63,603 bases of DNA, filler included, from Globobulimina sp. (GCA_003354225.1; 47 parts of 47 records of this genome joined end to end with filler, not necessarily neighbours in it); one strand, 5' to 3'. Shown: positions 35,153 through 48,802, numbered from the whole stretch's first letter. The notes: generated by a model not told the origin, from the sequence alone. Numbers and translations: made by a program.

Positions 35153-36200
35153 NNNNNNNNNNNNNNNNNNNNNNNNNNNNNNNNNNNNNNNNNNNNTTAA
35201 TTAATTAANNNNNNNNNNNNNNNNNNNNNNNNNNNNNNNNNNNNNNNNNNNNTGGTCATCTAGCTCAAGAAGAGCAATTGGCTTATACCATATATGCAGG
35301 TTCAATTCCTGCGGTGACTGGCGGTGGTGGAGACACGAAAGGTGCGTTTTTATTATTTTAAATATGTTGGTCGCGGTGGATATTAATATGACTATATACA
35401 TACAATAAGGTATTTGGGGAAACAAACTGATTGGAACCATGCAATCTGTGATTGGAATCAAGAAATAAAAATATACAGTCTCGAACATACGGAAAGCGCA
35501 CAACTTTTACAGGTGCTGCGATATGGAAACTGTAGAAGGATTAACTGGATTAATTGTGTGCTGTTTCATAAAAAATGCCTTTGTGAATGCTGGGTCCTTC
35601 TTCGATTGGGATTTGAATTTCTTTAACCAATAACCGGCGATCCGATCGACTTCTTTTTGTGCTAAATCTAAATTTCGAGACTGGTAAAGTATTGGATGAC
35701 ACCTTTCGAGACTTGGAAAGTGAAACTCCTTTAGCTGGGAGTGCCATGATTTTCGTAAAGGAAAAAATGCTGGAAAAACAACAAAACCCTACCAAGTCAC
35801 TACAAGAGAAAATGATCATGACTTCTAGAACGTTTTAAGCTGTTTCAGAAAGCACTGATCGCACACAAATAGTCCAAATACCAATATGTCATTACACTGC
35901 AATTTTTAATATGATAGCGTAAATATTGCGGAAGCAGAAATCAGATAGAAATCAGATCGTTGTGTAGAATATTTTATCCAGAAATATTAGGATTGATTAT
36001 CTGTGAGCTTATTGTGACTATTATTCATTTACAAATGGCAGCAATGTTTGATACCGAAATTATATTACTCGCAAAAAAAAATGGTAGTACTGATAAAGAA
36101 GAGATACAAAAAAAAGAAGATATAGTACATTTGCTGTAAATACAAGTAATGAAATTACATCTGCAGAGCATATATAATTTATTCGACTTACTAGTATCTA

Positions 36201-36355
36201 TACATACTTTAGAATAGGACCTGTTTGAAACACCGCGTTTTAGAAAAAATTTAAAAACTATGGAGAGGTCTTCACCATCTCCCAACAAAACGACTTGCGA
36301 ATTTGCGGATTTTAAAAACAATGTGTTTCAAACAGGTCCTATTCTAAAGTATGTA
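36201..36355. mobile_element. 151-bp MITE with perfect 31-bp TIRs and a putative TA target-site duplication
   Basis: TA-CATACTTTAGAATAGGACCTGTTTGAAACAC (36201-36233) is the exact reverse complement of 36323-36355. Confidence 0.8.
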
Positions 36356-36607
36356 CAATATCTATTTTTATTTTTTTCTCTTTTAATTTTTGCATGCTTG
36401 TTTTAATAATATCACAGCAAACTGAAAACTGTTTTTGACCCTCAAAATTGAGTCCGTAATTTCTGCTCTAAAATGCCAGCCAGTTCTCAAAATGCCAGCC
36501 AAATGTTNNNNNNNNNNNNNNNNNNNNNNNNNNNNNNNNNNNNNNNNNNNNTTAATTAATTAANNNNNNNNNNNNNNNNNNNNNNNNNNNNNNNNNNNNN
36601 NNNNNNN

Positions 36608-36898
36608 ACCGCCAACCCGATTGAATCTCTCAACTGTTAATATTTTATAATCATAATATTCATTCAAAAAATAAGAATGCGTTAATCCAGTTATTCCAGC
36701 ACCAACAATAACTATGTCATATTTATCATATTTATTCTGGTTGTCATTATATTTCAACGCTTTTATAATTCTGTCCATATTACTGCCGAAAGTACTCAAT
36801 ATTACGCATAGTGCTACAATACAAACTAACTGCATTGTTGACCATTCATTCTTAATACGGGCGGTGTTTTTATTTAGTAACACTTCTGTCTCCATCAA
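36608..36898 (-). CDS. FAD-dependent oxidoreductase (amine oxidase-like) N-terminus with a membrane anchor
   Basis: YDIVIVGAGITGL..VERFNRVGG Rossmann and GG motifs after a hydrophobic segment. Confidence 0.85.
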
Positions 36899-37059
36899 GA
36901 TGTTGTAAGATAATGCGTTGCTTAGTTTACTTCAATAAAACATTAAGCATGCAAGTTCGCCTTATATGTGCAGTTTTTTGTACACCTTCTGAAATCTAAT
37001 AAAAAAAAAACTTAATAAACTTACACGATTTTATATCAGTATATAACGGTATATATTGG

Positions 37060-37862
37060 TTATGATTGTTTTAATGAAGGATGAACTTTACAAAATTGTT
37101 CATTACCTTCTCTACCAACAGTTTTATCTTTTTTACCCCAAATTCTTTTTAAATCATCTTTACTGGCAACAAAAGTACCAAACCATTTATCCAACGGTAC
37201 GTGCATAGCACCATAATTACAATCAAAATGTAAATGATGCAATTGATGGAAATAATCGCCAGAACCAGGCCATTGGAACCCGTCATGTCCTAACCATGCA
37301 CCAACAGCACAATCCACAATACATCCGAGCGCAATGCATGGATGACAACCAAATGGAATGCAGACCAATGCTGCGCTGTAATATAATGTCGATTCGACCG
37401 GATGCATATTCGTCCCACTAAATGCCGTCGGATTATATGATTTATGATGCAATGAATGCACCCATTTATATAAAAATCGACCAATATCCGGACCAATTGG
37501 AAATTTCCATGGATGCAACATTCGATGAATTAAATGGAAATGCGGCACTCTCCAATGAGTGATCGTAACTATCCAACACAAATTATATACGGGATTATCC
37601 ATTAACGATTTCGATTTATACTGAAAATATCCATTACTCCACATCCAACATAAAAAAATCTCAATAAATGCGCCCATTACGGAGGCGGTAATGGACCAAA
37701 ATGTATCATTACGTAGCTGTTGCATGGATGGATATTCTTTATTAAATTTAAATTTGCTCAATTTGTCTTTTAACGGACTGAAATATAAAATAAAATCCCA
37801 GCCTCCGGCAATTATTATGGTTGCTAATATGTTACGAAATATTATTGGTTTCATCCATGACC
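37060..37862 (-). CDS. Sterol desaturase / fatty acid hydroxylase family protein, 5' partial
   Basis: His boxes HRMLH, HSLHH, HQLHH plus MHPVE and CNYG..LDKWFGT. Confidence 0.9.
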
Positions 37863-37962
37863 NNNNNNNNNNNNNNNNNNNNNNNNNNNNNNNNNNNNNN
37901 NNNNNNTTAATTAATTAANNNNNNNNNNNNNNNNNNNNNNNNNNNNNNNNNNNNNNNNNNNN

Positions 37963-39200
37963 ACTCATTACTAATAACAATATCCGGCCACTGCACAGAC
38001 AACAGTTTGATTGTAAGCAATGGCGAGAAAATCCTGTTTATCGAAATCTTGTCCTTATTCACAGAGAACTGGAAAAACAAAAACCTGGTAATAAATCTGC
38101 CGAAGTTTATCATCGTGGATGGCCAGCGGGGCTATGACTATTTATCTGCGTCAAAAGCGTGTTTATCCGAAGAGAAACAGGACGACATCGCCTATATGGA
38201 AGCACAAATGATGGGCGATGAAGATTGTTATATCACAGACACGTATTCGGCGGTTATGTGCTCCGTATCCAATATTTTATATAGCCGCACCTTTTCCGGC
38301 CAATTAGCCTGGAATTTGACACAGATTTTGTCTGAAAACATCAAGAAAAAATGTGATATCATTTTTTATGACATTATCAAGCAACTTCGCTATCGCATCA
38401 ACAAAGCATTGGATGACTATCAATTCAGTATTGCCTTCATAGAGCACGACATGGATATCGATGATGTCGTGTTCAGAGCGGAAACGTTTTTAACATTCTC
38501 AGCTGTGAAAGATCACAAATTAACCAACAAATTCACAAATATGTCTGGTGGTTATTCTGCAGATACTATTAAAGAGAAAAATATCCGAAATAGATTTCTT
38601 GGCCGCTCTGCTTCGTTGGGCAGTTTGTTGAGGAAAAAGGACAAAAAAAAAGAGCAAAATGAAAATAAATCCGGCAAAAGATCAACAAGTCGCTTTTTTA
38701 AACGTACGCAATCTTTGAGTTCATTTGGGATCAAAAGATCCAAATCGCAGCCACCAAATAAGGACAATGGCGACGCAGTGCCGGAGGATGAAGAGATAAA
38801 TGATATTGTGAGGGATCCAATATTTTGTAAAACAACGGAATGGGATAAAACTGTCGAGGTTTTGTCCAAAACCAAAGAGAAAGTACGTGTGCGTATTGTT
38901 TGGTTGTTTGTTTTGCGCAATAAATCGCATAATATTTCATTATTACACTCGCAAAAGATTCACGATCCATATCGCAAATCAAAACGTGTGTTGTTCATTG
39001 ATGGCAAACAAAGTTGGAGTCATAAGTCGAATAAACAGCAATTGAATGAAATGTGGAATGGGAATGCGGTGGTTATCCATATATTATTTGACGAAAAGGA
39101 AAAACAATTTAACTATAATTTGAAAATTAATAATAAATCGCATAAACAACAATTTCAGAAATGGTGTAAAAAGCAAATTGATCATCAGTTTATTGAATGA
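37963..39200 (+). CDS. Hypothetical protein with a possible C-terminal FAIM1-like domain, 5' partial
   Basis: Long ORF; IVWLFVL..HNISLLHS..SKRVLFIDGK resembles the FAIM W..H..H..KRV..DGK pattern. Confidence 0.5.
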
Positions 39201-39325
39201 TGTACATGTTTTATTTGNNNNNNNNNNNNNNNNNNNNNNNNNNNNNNNNNNNNNNNNNNNNTTAATTAATTAANNNNNNNNNNNNNNNNNNNNNNNNNNN
39301 NNNNNNNNNNNNNNNNNCCAATGAA

Positions 39326-40572
39326 ATGGCTAAAAATATGAAAATATTTCTCAAAAAACAAATAAATCATAGCAATATCATTAAAAAAGGTTTATTTAAT
39401 TTAGAGCAGTTTCAATCGGAATTGTATGTAAATTGTAATCAAATTAATAGTAAAAAAACATCCATTATTAATGATATTAATCCTGTTCAACAATTATTAG
39501 ATTGGATATCTTTAATTGCTTCGTCTCCGTCTCCTCCTTCTCCGAACATAAAAAACAGAATAAACAAAAGTGAGAATGCTAATGATAATGATCGACATTG
39601 TGAGTCCGTATCATCATATTCAGAGACAACGAGCACTAACACTGATAATGGCAGTGTGCAACGAGCACATTCATTGGATTTTATACCTCTAAACAAACTA
39701 AATACGTCTATAAAGAGTAAAGTAGCAAATGATTTATGTGGATTAATAAATGAATATTGGCTCAATGCATTTCCCTCATATAACAGAAATGAGGACGACA
39801 ATAACCACAATATGACAGGACAATCATTACCAATTTTACATGAATCGCCAAATAAAAACGGCTTATATTGTAAAATGGTAAAAGATGACATTGATAAATT
39901 ATTGCTTGAGACAGCAATGGATATTAAAGATTTTAAATCATTGTATGACACAAAGAGTGGATATAATATCTATTGCGAATTTAACCAGTTATTTCCTTGC
40001 AATTTATCATATAAAATATTGGATACGTTTCATTTAAAAGCAAGCGAATGGAATAAAATCTACTTTGAATTTTTAGTGTTAGGTTCGAATTTTTTCAATA
40101 ATATATCACCGCATGTTTATCATATATGGCATCGGCTGATTCCAAACAAACTAAACCTATCAAAAACACAAGTTAACAAATTAGTATCTGTGATGAAGCC
40201 AATTGCAGTAAAGACACGAAATGATGATCTCAATTATTTAACGTTAAATTATTATTTATGGTTAATTTCATCTAAAACAAGGTTTCAATTTGAATGCAAC
40301 AAAGAATATACTTCGTGGCTACGAAGACAATTAACTATTATTACTGCTGTAATTGCATGGAATATGCATAACTTATATCACAGCCATACATATTGGCGAT
40401 TATATGATAACCAATCAATGGATTATCAACAGGTCATATCCCATTTAAATAATCAATGTGCTAAAATTGTAAATACTTCATTTGCAAATAACTATAATAA
40501 CGAATTACAAAACTTTATAAGAAATATCGACTGTTTAATGGGACAGATCAGCAAAGACAACAATAATAATAA
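39326..40572 (+). CDS. Hypothetical protein, partial
   Basis: ORF of more than 410 codons filling the contig; no motif recognised. Confidence 0.6.
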
Positions 40573-40672
40573 NNNNNNNNNNNNNNNNNNNNNNNNNNNN
40601 NNNNNNNNNNNNNNNNTTAATTAATTAANNNNNNNNNNNNNNNNNNNNNNNNNNNNNNNNNNNNNNNNNNNN

Positions 40673-41927
40673 CTAAATCAAATTTAACATATGGTCTGTC
40701 AAAGGCATTTTTTTTTTGTATATTGGTCTGATTCGACCGCGAATGGAAACTAATAATTACGAAATCTGTGTCTTAATCTTAAATCGCAATATGCAAATTT
40801 CCAGTTTGTGTTCGAGCAACAATATTCTTGATAGCATTTCCAGCATTAATATTGCCATAATATTTGCTTAAATAATCGCTTAAAACCATATCATAATTGG
40901 GACATAACCAATCCATGCCCCAATATACAATGTCTTCAATACGTGGATGCCATTGTGGATCGGCAGAGGTATTGTACGGTTGTAAATTATTCCACTTATA
41001 TACATTCAATGTGGTATATGAATCTATATAAATGTGTATGTTCTTAAATTGCTTAAATTTATATTATAGACACTCAGAATATATGTAAACTTACATTCAT
41101 AGCCAGCAAAAGTTCCATTGACTCCATCATTGCCGCATCCAACCCCTAATATTAAATCACAGGTTCTTCTCTCTCGCATCATTCTATTCGTTGCATCTTC
41201 CACCACATTATCAAACTGCAATATATCACGTAACAAAAACGGGAAAGGAATCCCAAATCTTGTCTCAGAACCAAATGTAGAGTCTGGATAAGAAACTCCA
41301 ATCTCTGATATTGAACATCTTGCTGAGGACACACCTGTTTATATGTACATTATTTTGAATTGAACGGAAAAAAGGATACAATGCAACAGTATTAATTATA
41401 TGTGTTATTATACATTGCCAAGGAGTTAGATTTTGGTAAAAGAAAATGTTTTCGAATTCTGCAACAATTTTGGTATGTAAATAACCTGTAATTGAACCAA
41501 TGAAACCGGTGAATGCAATATTAGCAAAAGGATGGCCATCGTCTGGATGATATACGATGACTGCTGGATAATCTTTAAATGGCCCATCCGTATCCCTTTA
41601 CATTGCGTAGAAAATAAAACATTGAAATGTATATTAAACACTTACAACATACCAATCCAATGCACGCAATTGAAGTAACTTTCCATTTTGAGAATTCTGT
41701 GTTGCTGCCCCCTGAATACAGTGAATACACACGATCAAAATTGAAAGTATGTGACAAATATATCATACCCATGCACCAAACATAGAACAATGTCCCTGAG
41801 TCAAGGATGGAAGCATATGAATGCGCAATATTTCATCATATGATACGTCTGTCGCATCGGCTAAACCTTGAATTTCATCGTAGACTGTGTATAATATTGC
41901 ATGTTCTTTTGCAGTGCCGTTCGGTCG
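40673..41927 (-). CDS. Multi-exon Ntn-hydrolase-like gene (acid ceramidase / peptidase C45-related, Dcd1-like), with two in-frame TAA near the 3' end
   Basis: Exon pieces CSMFGAW, LLQLRALDW, SISEIGVSYPD..PFPFLLRDILQFD..RTCDLILGVG and TGNLHIAI, separated by short AT-rich introns. Confidence 0.65.
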
Positions 41928-42027
41928 NNNNNNNNNNNNNNNNNNNNNNNNNNNNNNNNNNNNNNNNNNNNTTAATTAATTAANNNNNNNNNNNNNNNNN
42001 NNNNNNNNNNNNNNNNNNNNNNNNNNN

Positions 42028-43097
42028 GGTCAACACATTATTTTGATAATGATTGGAATGACATAAATCGTAAATGGACGCAAATAAAACATTTCCATAC
42101 AGCCAACGGTAATAATATAAAAAGAAAATGTACAATATATTTTGACGGAAATCAACTCTGTTTATGCCAATTTTTGGACAACATTTTTTATCCAAATATT
42201 CAACATTTATGTTTTCACCAACATCCATCATATTCATTTCCTACTTTATTGATTGTGGATTCGTTTCCAAATCGGATACATAAAAATGTAAACAACGGTG
42301 ATACGGTTATAGCATCGGCCATTAAACACGGATTAGATTTTTACCTTCAACGTTTTACAAACAACAAAAAATTACCCATTGATAGTATATTTTTGCTGAA
42401 ATTAATTGCAAAAAATGATATTTTCTACAGGAAAATTGCGAATTTATATTTTCATAAATTGCAAAATAATAAGAAAGATTCTAATAATCCATTTTTTAGA
42501 GTTTTTAGCAAAAGAAACACGCAGCGATTCAAAGATTTAAAATTTATCCGCTCTCACTCTCATAATTCATATGTTTTAAACAGGAAATATGCGAAATATA
42601 ATGTAGATCCAACGGACGATATCGTTTTAAAGGCTTTATTTTGTGATATTGATGGTTTTGATCAAATTGATTTTGATATTTTGACTCAAAATATGGCAAA
42701 TTATAATGGAGGGTATGAGGATACACATTCTATCATAGCATTAAATTTTTTGGCTGTTAATAAATGTTATGATGCAAATAAAATACATTATGCAATGGCT
42801 GAAACGGCACAGGCAATTTTACTTAGTTTATATGATAATACGTCTGCACTTGGTTTTGGTGATCTGTTTTTTGAAAGGATTGTATGTTTATATTGGTCTG
42901 GTTATGGTGATCATATTAAGAAGGAATGGATTGTAAAAATAGCTAAATATCAAAGTAAAACAGATTATGGATGGTCGCATGATTATGAAATTCAAGACAG
43001 TTCTACTCCACATCCAACTGGCTTGGCTCTATTAGCAATGATATATTATGAAATTGGAGATTCAAAACAATTATTTTACCCAATTGATTCTTTGTAA
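42028..43097 (+). CDS. Secreted or membrane protein, possibly UPF0764 (C16orf89/DUF4735)-like
   Basis: GGYEDTHSIIAL, DLFFERI, WIVKIAKYQ..YGW, HPTGLALLA recall that family's motifs. Confidence 0.45.
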
Positions 43098-43382
43098 ATT
43101 GTTGATACGGATGTATATATGCTTGAAAATAAGACATTCATTGCATTTTTGTTTCACAAATAAAGTTTTGAAGTAAACGCTATTGTTTTTGATTTTACAA
43201 CTTCCCGATAATCCGACTCACATCGCATATTAAAATATGACAAATAAGCATGCAATCCAGCTGACGGTGGAACCAAATGGCANNNNNNNNNNNNNNNNNN
43301 NNNNNNNNNNNNNNNNNNNNNNNNNNTTAATTAATTAANNNNNNNNNNNNNNNNNNNNNNNNNNNNNNNNNNNNNNNNNNNN

Positions 43383-44291
43383 TCATAAAATAATAAATCA
43401 TAATGAGTAGAGATTCCGTGCACATTATACATCACAAAACTTATATAAAATAAAAAATAATCAATGCTCCGAATCATTAATAATACTGTCAACAATTTAT
43501 GATGGATTAATAGCAAATGGCGATGCAAAGATATATAAATTAACCACGTTATAACTCCAAATAAATAAAAAAACATTGCAACTAATACAATTTGGGGATG
43601 CCAACGGTCGGATACATCCAAATGAGAGAAAGACTCCCAAGGGTTTAACAGCATTATCCTTCCCTGTGTTGTGTAGTGTAGTTGGCATTGTTCATCCTCG
43701 CACATATTATAAATTATGTACTTTACTTAACATTTATAGAATAGTTTACTTTGCAAGGATTGATTAATAGGATGCGATATGTGGATGGATATTGGATAGT
43801 ATTTATAGTATTTAATGAGTTGTTTAATGGAATAAAGAATTTGAATGTTGCTTTTGTATAATACCAACAATTTTCTTTTTCAAAATTGTCAGAGCTCTCA
43901 TCATAACAATTACGTGCTCGGCCATCTTGGTTTAGAATTGAAAATTGTTCCTCATTCAATATATATATTTCTACGTAAAATAGATTGTGTATTTTTGGAC
44001 AAGTTTGGTTTGTTGAATCTATTAATTTTGTTGATGTGATGTCAATGGAGATGGTGCCACCACTGTCCATTGAGAATGGTCTTGGATTTTGTTTGCCGAA
44101 TAGTCTTTTTGTATGTTAAATATGTATATACTGTATCAGTCGTGGAAAATGAGAATTGGATTGTATATTACATACAATATCTCTAGATCCCAGACATAAT
44201 CAGAGGTAGTGTTGTCTAGCACGATTGTCGCACATTTGATGTGGTTAATAAAGAGACATATTAATATTAGCTGAAATAGTAACGTTGACAT
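43383..44291 (-). CDS. Multi-exon signal-peptide + lumenal domain + TM protein (GOST / GPR107-GPR180-like), 3' partial
   Basis: Signal peptide MSTLLFQLILICLFINHIKCA, lumenal exons, LLNPWESFSHL before TM1, IHHKLLTVLL in TM2. Confidence 0.45.
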
Positions 44292-44342
44292 GACGGTCAA
44301 GTATAAAAGAAGATCTAGAAAAACTTTGAACAACTTCTGATT

Positions 44343-44637
44343 ATGGCGATGATAATTAAAATTGCACTTAGTGTCGTTATAATTGGTGCATTATTTGCTT
44401 TGTTAAAAAAGCTATGTAATTATCATTCAAAGAGACAACACAAAAAGACACAACTGAATAAGCTCAAGCTTGCAGCACAAGCCATATTGAATGCAGATTT
44501 TTGTTTATTAAGTTCAGGAGCAGGTTGGAGTGCTGATTCTGGGTTGAAAGTCTTTAAAGACTTTGCAAATATTGATGTTTATAAACAACAAAAGTTAACA
44601 TACCATGATTTATCCCGTGCTGATAACATGGAGAAAA
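44343..44637 (+). CDS. Sirtuin (SIR2 family) N-terminus with a signal anchor, 3' partial
   Basis: AAQAILNADFCLLSSGAGWSADSGLKVFKD (GAG-x-S-x-DSG motif). Confidence 0.8.
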
Positions 44638-44737
44638 NNNNNNNNNNNNNNNNNNNNNNNNNNNNNNNNNNNNNNNNNNNNTTAATTAATTAANNNNNNN
44701 NNNNNNNNNNNNNNNNNNNNNNNNNNNNNNNNNNNNN

Positions 44738-45992
44738 GAGCTTATTTGGTGGACACATGCAACAATGATGCTATTGGCATACAACGAAGTGTTGGATTCA
44801 TAGAAAATGTGGATCATGACTTGTGTTACAACAACACAAAATTAGAAGGAAAATATCCATTTATTGTTAGTGGGGCATACAGCAGTGCAGTAGCTCATGA
44901 AGTCAACTATTTGTTGCAAGCATATTGCATCCCTTTTATTGCATCACAGAGCTCCAGTATTGAATTTGACAATGAAGAGCTCTACCCTTACTTTCTGCGA
45001 ACTGTTTCATCTGACAAATACCAAGTTCCAGCAGTTGCCCGTGTCCTGGAAGCAATGGGTTGGAACAGAGTGACAGTAATTTTTGAAAGTTCGGTCTATG
45101 GGGGCCAATTGAAAGATGGATTTCAGCAATGGATTTCTGTAAATACCTCTAATATTTGTGTCGAGTCATATGTGCAATTGAGCCTATATAAACAGCCACC
45201 AGAATGGGACCTAGTCTTGGATACACTGAAACAAAATAACAATGAACCAGGCTCTCCATCTGTGATTATTGTGTTTCTTGATTGGCCGATGGCAAAACAA
45301 TTGTTTGAAAATATACAGCAGTGGCAACTTGCAAAACAACTAACCACAAATAGGTTTCAATTCATTGGTGTTGATGGTTGGAGCAGTCAAATTTTCACTA
45401 GTTGCTCAAATTCAGTGATAAACAATTCAATAACAGTTGAGTACATGACAGACGAGATAGAAATGTTCACGGAATACATTAGTCAACTGCAATTCAATGC
45501 AACTTCGAACAGTTGGATTCAAGAACTGATTCAGAAACAAAATAACTGCAGTAATGATTGTTATGGAAATGAAACACTGCTCTCTGTTCCACCAGGTGCA
45601 CTGCGCAGAGCCACAAAAGTGTTCCAAGCCATACATTTGATAGGCCAAGCTATTCAAAAGTTGCATGAAAACAGCTGCCACGGAAAACAGGAGTTCTGTC
45701 TCGAGCTCAGCGAGTTGATCACTGGCTTTCAAATATACAAAACTATAAAGAATCTAACTGTTGACGTTGATGGTGTTGACTTCTTTGAATTTTTTCAAGG
45801 GACAAACAGTGGTCTCCCGAAATATGCCATCTACCAATTCCAAGGAAAAGAATGGGTTAAAGCTGGTCATTACAAATATAATAACACCACTGCTGATTTT
45901 GACTTTGAGCTGAAATACACCAAACTAGTAACACCTACTGACATCCGAAATAATATCAAATACCAACAGAGTCAGTGTCAACCCAACAGCAA
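44738..45992 (+). CDS. Class C GPCR (metabotropic glutamate receptor-like) Venus flytrap domain, partial
   Basis: VDTC, GAYSSAV, IPFIASQSSS..YPYFLRTVSSD, GWNRV..SVYG, FIGVDGW; intronless over 1.25 kb. Confidence 0.9.
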
Positions 45993-46092
45993 NNNNNNNN
46001 NNNNNNNNNNNNNNNNNNNNNNNNNNNNNNNNNNNNTTAATTAATTAANNNNNNNNNNNNNNNNNNNNNNNNNNNNNNNNNNNNNNNNNNNN

Positions 46093-47278
46093 CAAAGGTA
46101 GTCACCAAATTGTTGGCAAAGTGATCGCCATCGGGCCCGCACGTATTTTCTAAGTTCATTTCCGGATACAACTCGTGGTAATCATCGCGTATTCGCGTCC
46201 AAATCTCGTCTTCCTTCTCCTCCATACACAGCAACGGGAACACTGTGATAAACTGCTTCTCGCCGCTCCAGATCATCCCGACCGGCGCAACCAAGTAATG
46301 CTGACGCTGCAGAATAAGCTTCCTTTCGTCCTGCCGTTGCTCGACAAACTCCGCCATGGAAGCTTGCCGTTGCAAGAAACTTAAATCGGCCAAGCCTCGC
46401 AATCCATTGTCTTGCTCCATTTCAGTGTCAGATTCTGCGTTTTTGTCATAATAATAGCTCCAAAACGATTGGTATTTCAATGCATTTAAGTCCTCGATGT
46501 GAATATGCGCCGGTAATTGGACCATGCTTTGGTTGTAACGGATCAATGGCGGCCCGGAGCCAGCATTTATTTTAAATAACGTCATAGTGATAGCATGGCC
46601 GTATTGAGGGCAAACATAACCAGTTAAAATAGACAAACCTTGCCCTAATAGCGAAATACTGATGGTCTGATCGCGCGGATTGATGATGTTTTCATTGTTT
46701 TGGCGAAAACTGAAGGTCCATAATAATGTATATTCTTTGTCGCCGAACTCAATGCAGTCAATGCACTGTTTACGTAAAGTATAGCCAACGATTTTGGTGC
46801 AGTTTTGATTTAAACCAAAACACATCGAAGCTATACCCATCGAGGTATCGTAGCGGGATCCGCTCGATTTCAATAATTGTAACTGGTTCGCCGGCGTGTT
46901 GGCGCCGACCTGACTCAATGCATTGGCACCGATTTTGATTTTGCTCACTACGAAGCCTAACCAGCCCACATTGTTCGGGTTGGGAAGGAGCGGACTTTCG
47001 TCATTGTCGAAGGCAAACAATAGTTCGTGGTCTTTGACGAGGACTTTGGAGGACAAATCTGTGCCGTCGCCGCCAAAATAAATATTGTCGTTGCTTTTGG
47101 CTTTGGAGAGGCTGCCGTTTTTGTTGAGGATCAATGTGATGTAAAATAAGCGGCCATGCGAGGTACTCAGCAATATTTTATACGTATTGAGCTGAGTTAG
47201 TATTAGATTGAGTGCAAGGATGCAATGGAATAATGAACATATATTTGCGTGTTTTAACTGAATGATGAGTGCCGACAC
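46093..47278 (-). CDS. Hypothetical protein, partial
   Basis: ORF of about 395 codons; no motif confidently recognised. Confidence 0.55.
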
Positions 47279-48293
47279 GCGGCTGCGGCAATATTTGGAT
47301 GTTGGTGATGCGGTGCTTGAAATGTTCGGTGTCGGTTAATAGCCGGANNNNNNNNNNNNNNNNNNNNNNNNNNNNNNNNNNNNNNNNNNNNTTAATTAAT
47401 TAANNNNNNNNNNNNNNNNNNNNNNNNNNNNNNNNNNNNNNNNNNNNCGGTCAGGCACTGAGTTGTAAAGAAAAGAAAAAGGCATGACCCAAACTTCAAA
47501 TCTAGTTGCGACCAGTATGCCGATAACGTTTTATCCATTTTTTGATCCATTTTTTGGTCAATTCCAATTATTGATTATTCCAATTATTTTTAATTATATT
47601 GCAAATCCAAAATGTATATAGTGACTAATACAATTAATGTATATATATATTCAAAATGTAGAATAAAGAAGAGATGCTTTTTACAGCACAGATTAAAAAA
47701 ACAACTTAAATAAATCTTTTTTGTAAAAAAGGAAAACAACGTTTAAAACAAAAAAAATAAAGTCATCAAAGTTCAAACAATCAAATTATTGAAATACATA
47801 ATCAAAAAGTTTTATAAATCAAATTGCAACCAATCAGAAACAATTGAACATTGTTTATTACACTGCTTTAACTTTCGATTGGTGTGTCTGACGATGATAA
47901 TGTGGTATCAAAAATAATATTGTAGTCTATGCATGATTATTTATGTAAATGTTTCGAAAAAACAGCCAGTCACACCATGTCAGTCTACGCGGCAGTCACA
48001 ACCAACCAGACGCAACCAACTGCCAGTCACAACATACCCCACCCACCACCACACACCGCACCATACACCGCACCCCACCCACCACCACCACCACCACACA
48101 CCGCGCCCACCACCACTCACAGACAACCGGCAGTTCAGCCAAATCCATCCATACTGATATGCATTTTGAACAAGTTTAAACATATTGTACGCAACAATTT
48201 AACCCGAAATTTCGAGAAAACAATAAAAAAAATATAACAGTCAGAGATATAATAACAGAATAAAAAAAAAGAAATGAAAAAGAATCAATTTAA

Positions 48294-48702
48294 TCAATTA
48301 ATATTGAAATTCAATCCGAGCATGGAATCCTGAATGGAATTCAAGGTATGCAATATGGACAACATCGTCGGCCTTTGGTCTGGCGACTTGTTCCAACACT
48401 CTTTCATCAACTTATTGATTTTGGGGATGACAGCTTTCTGTTTGTATTGGTATTGCACACCGACGATTGGCCTCATATTATCTTTGACAATTTTCTTGGT
48501 CAACATTGGAATGGTGACATTCTTGTAATATTCCACATTGCTGTACGGCTCTTTTTTGTTCATGATTTCAAACATTGTAATCGCAAACATGTAAACATCC
48601 GATTTGTACGAATATTTTTTCTTGACAATGGATTCCGGCGCCATCCACAGAATGGGTCCAATTTTGGCTTTCGTCTGACAACAATTAATATCATTTCGCA
48701 TC
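48294..48702 (-). CDS. Protein kinase C-lobe (tyrosine kinase / TKL-like), 5' partial
   Basis: GPILWMAPES, KSDVYMFAITMFEI, LMKECW..PDQRPT. Confidence 0.9.
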
Positions 48703-48802
48703 NNNNNNNNNNNNNNNNNNNNNNNNNNNNNNNNNNNNNNNNNNNNTTAATTAATTAANNNNNNNNNNNNNNNNNNNNNNNNNNNNNNNNNNNNNNNNNN
48801 NN

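Noticed and set aside
47929-48237. Pro/His/Thr-rich ORFs in several frames
   Set aside because: Produced by a CCA/CAC low-complexity tract; no coding frame can be chosen.
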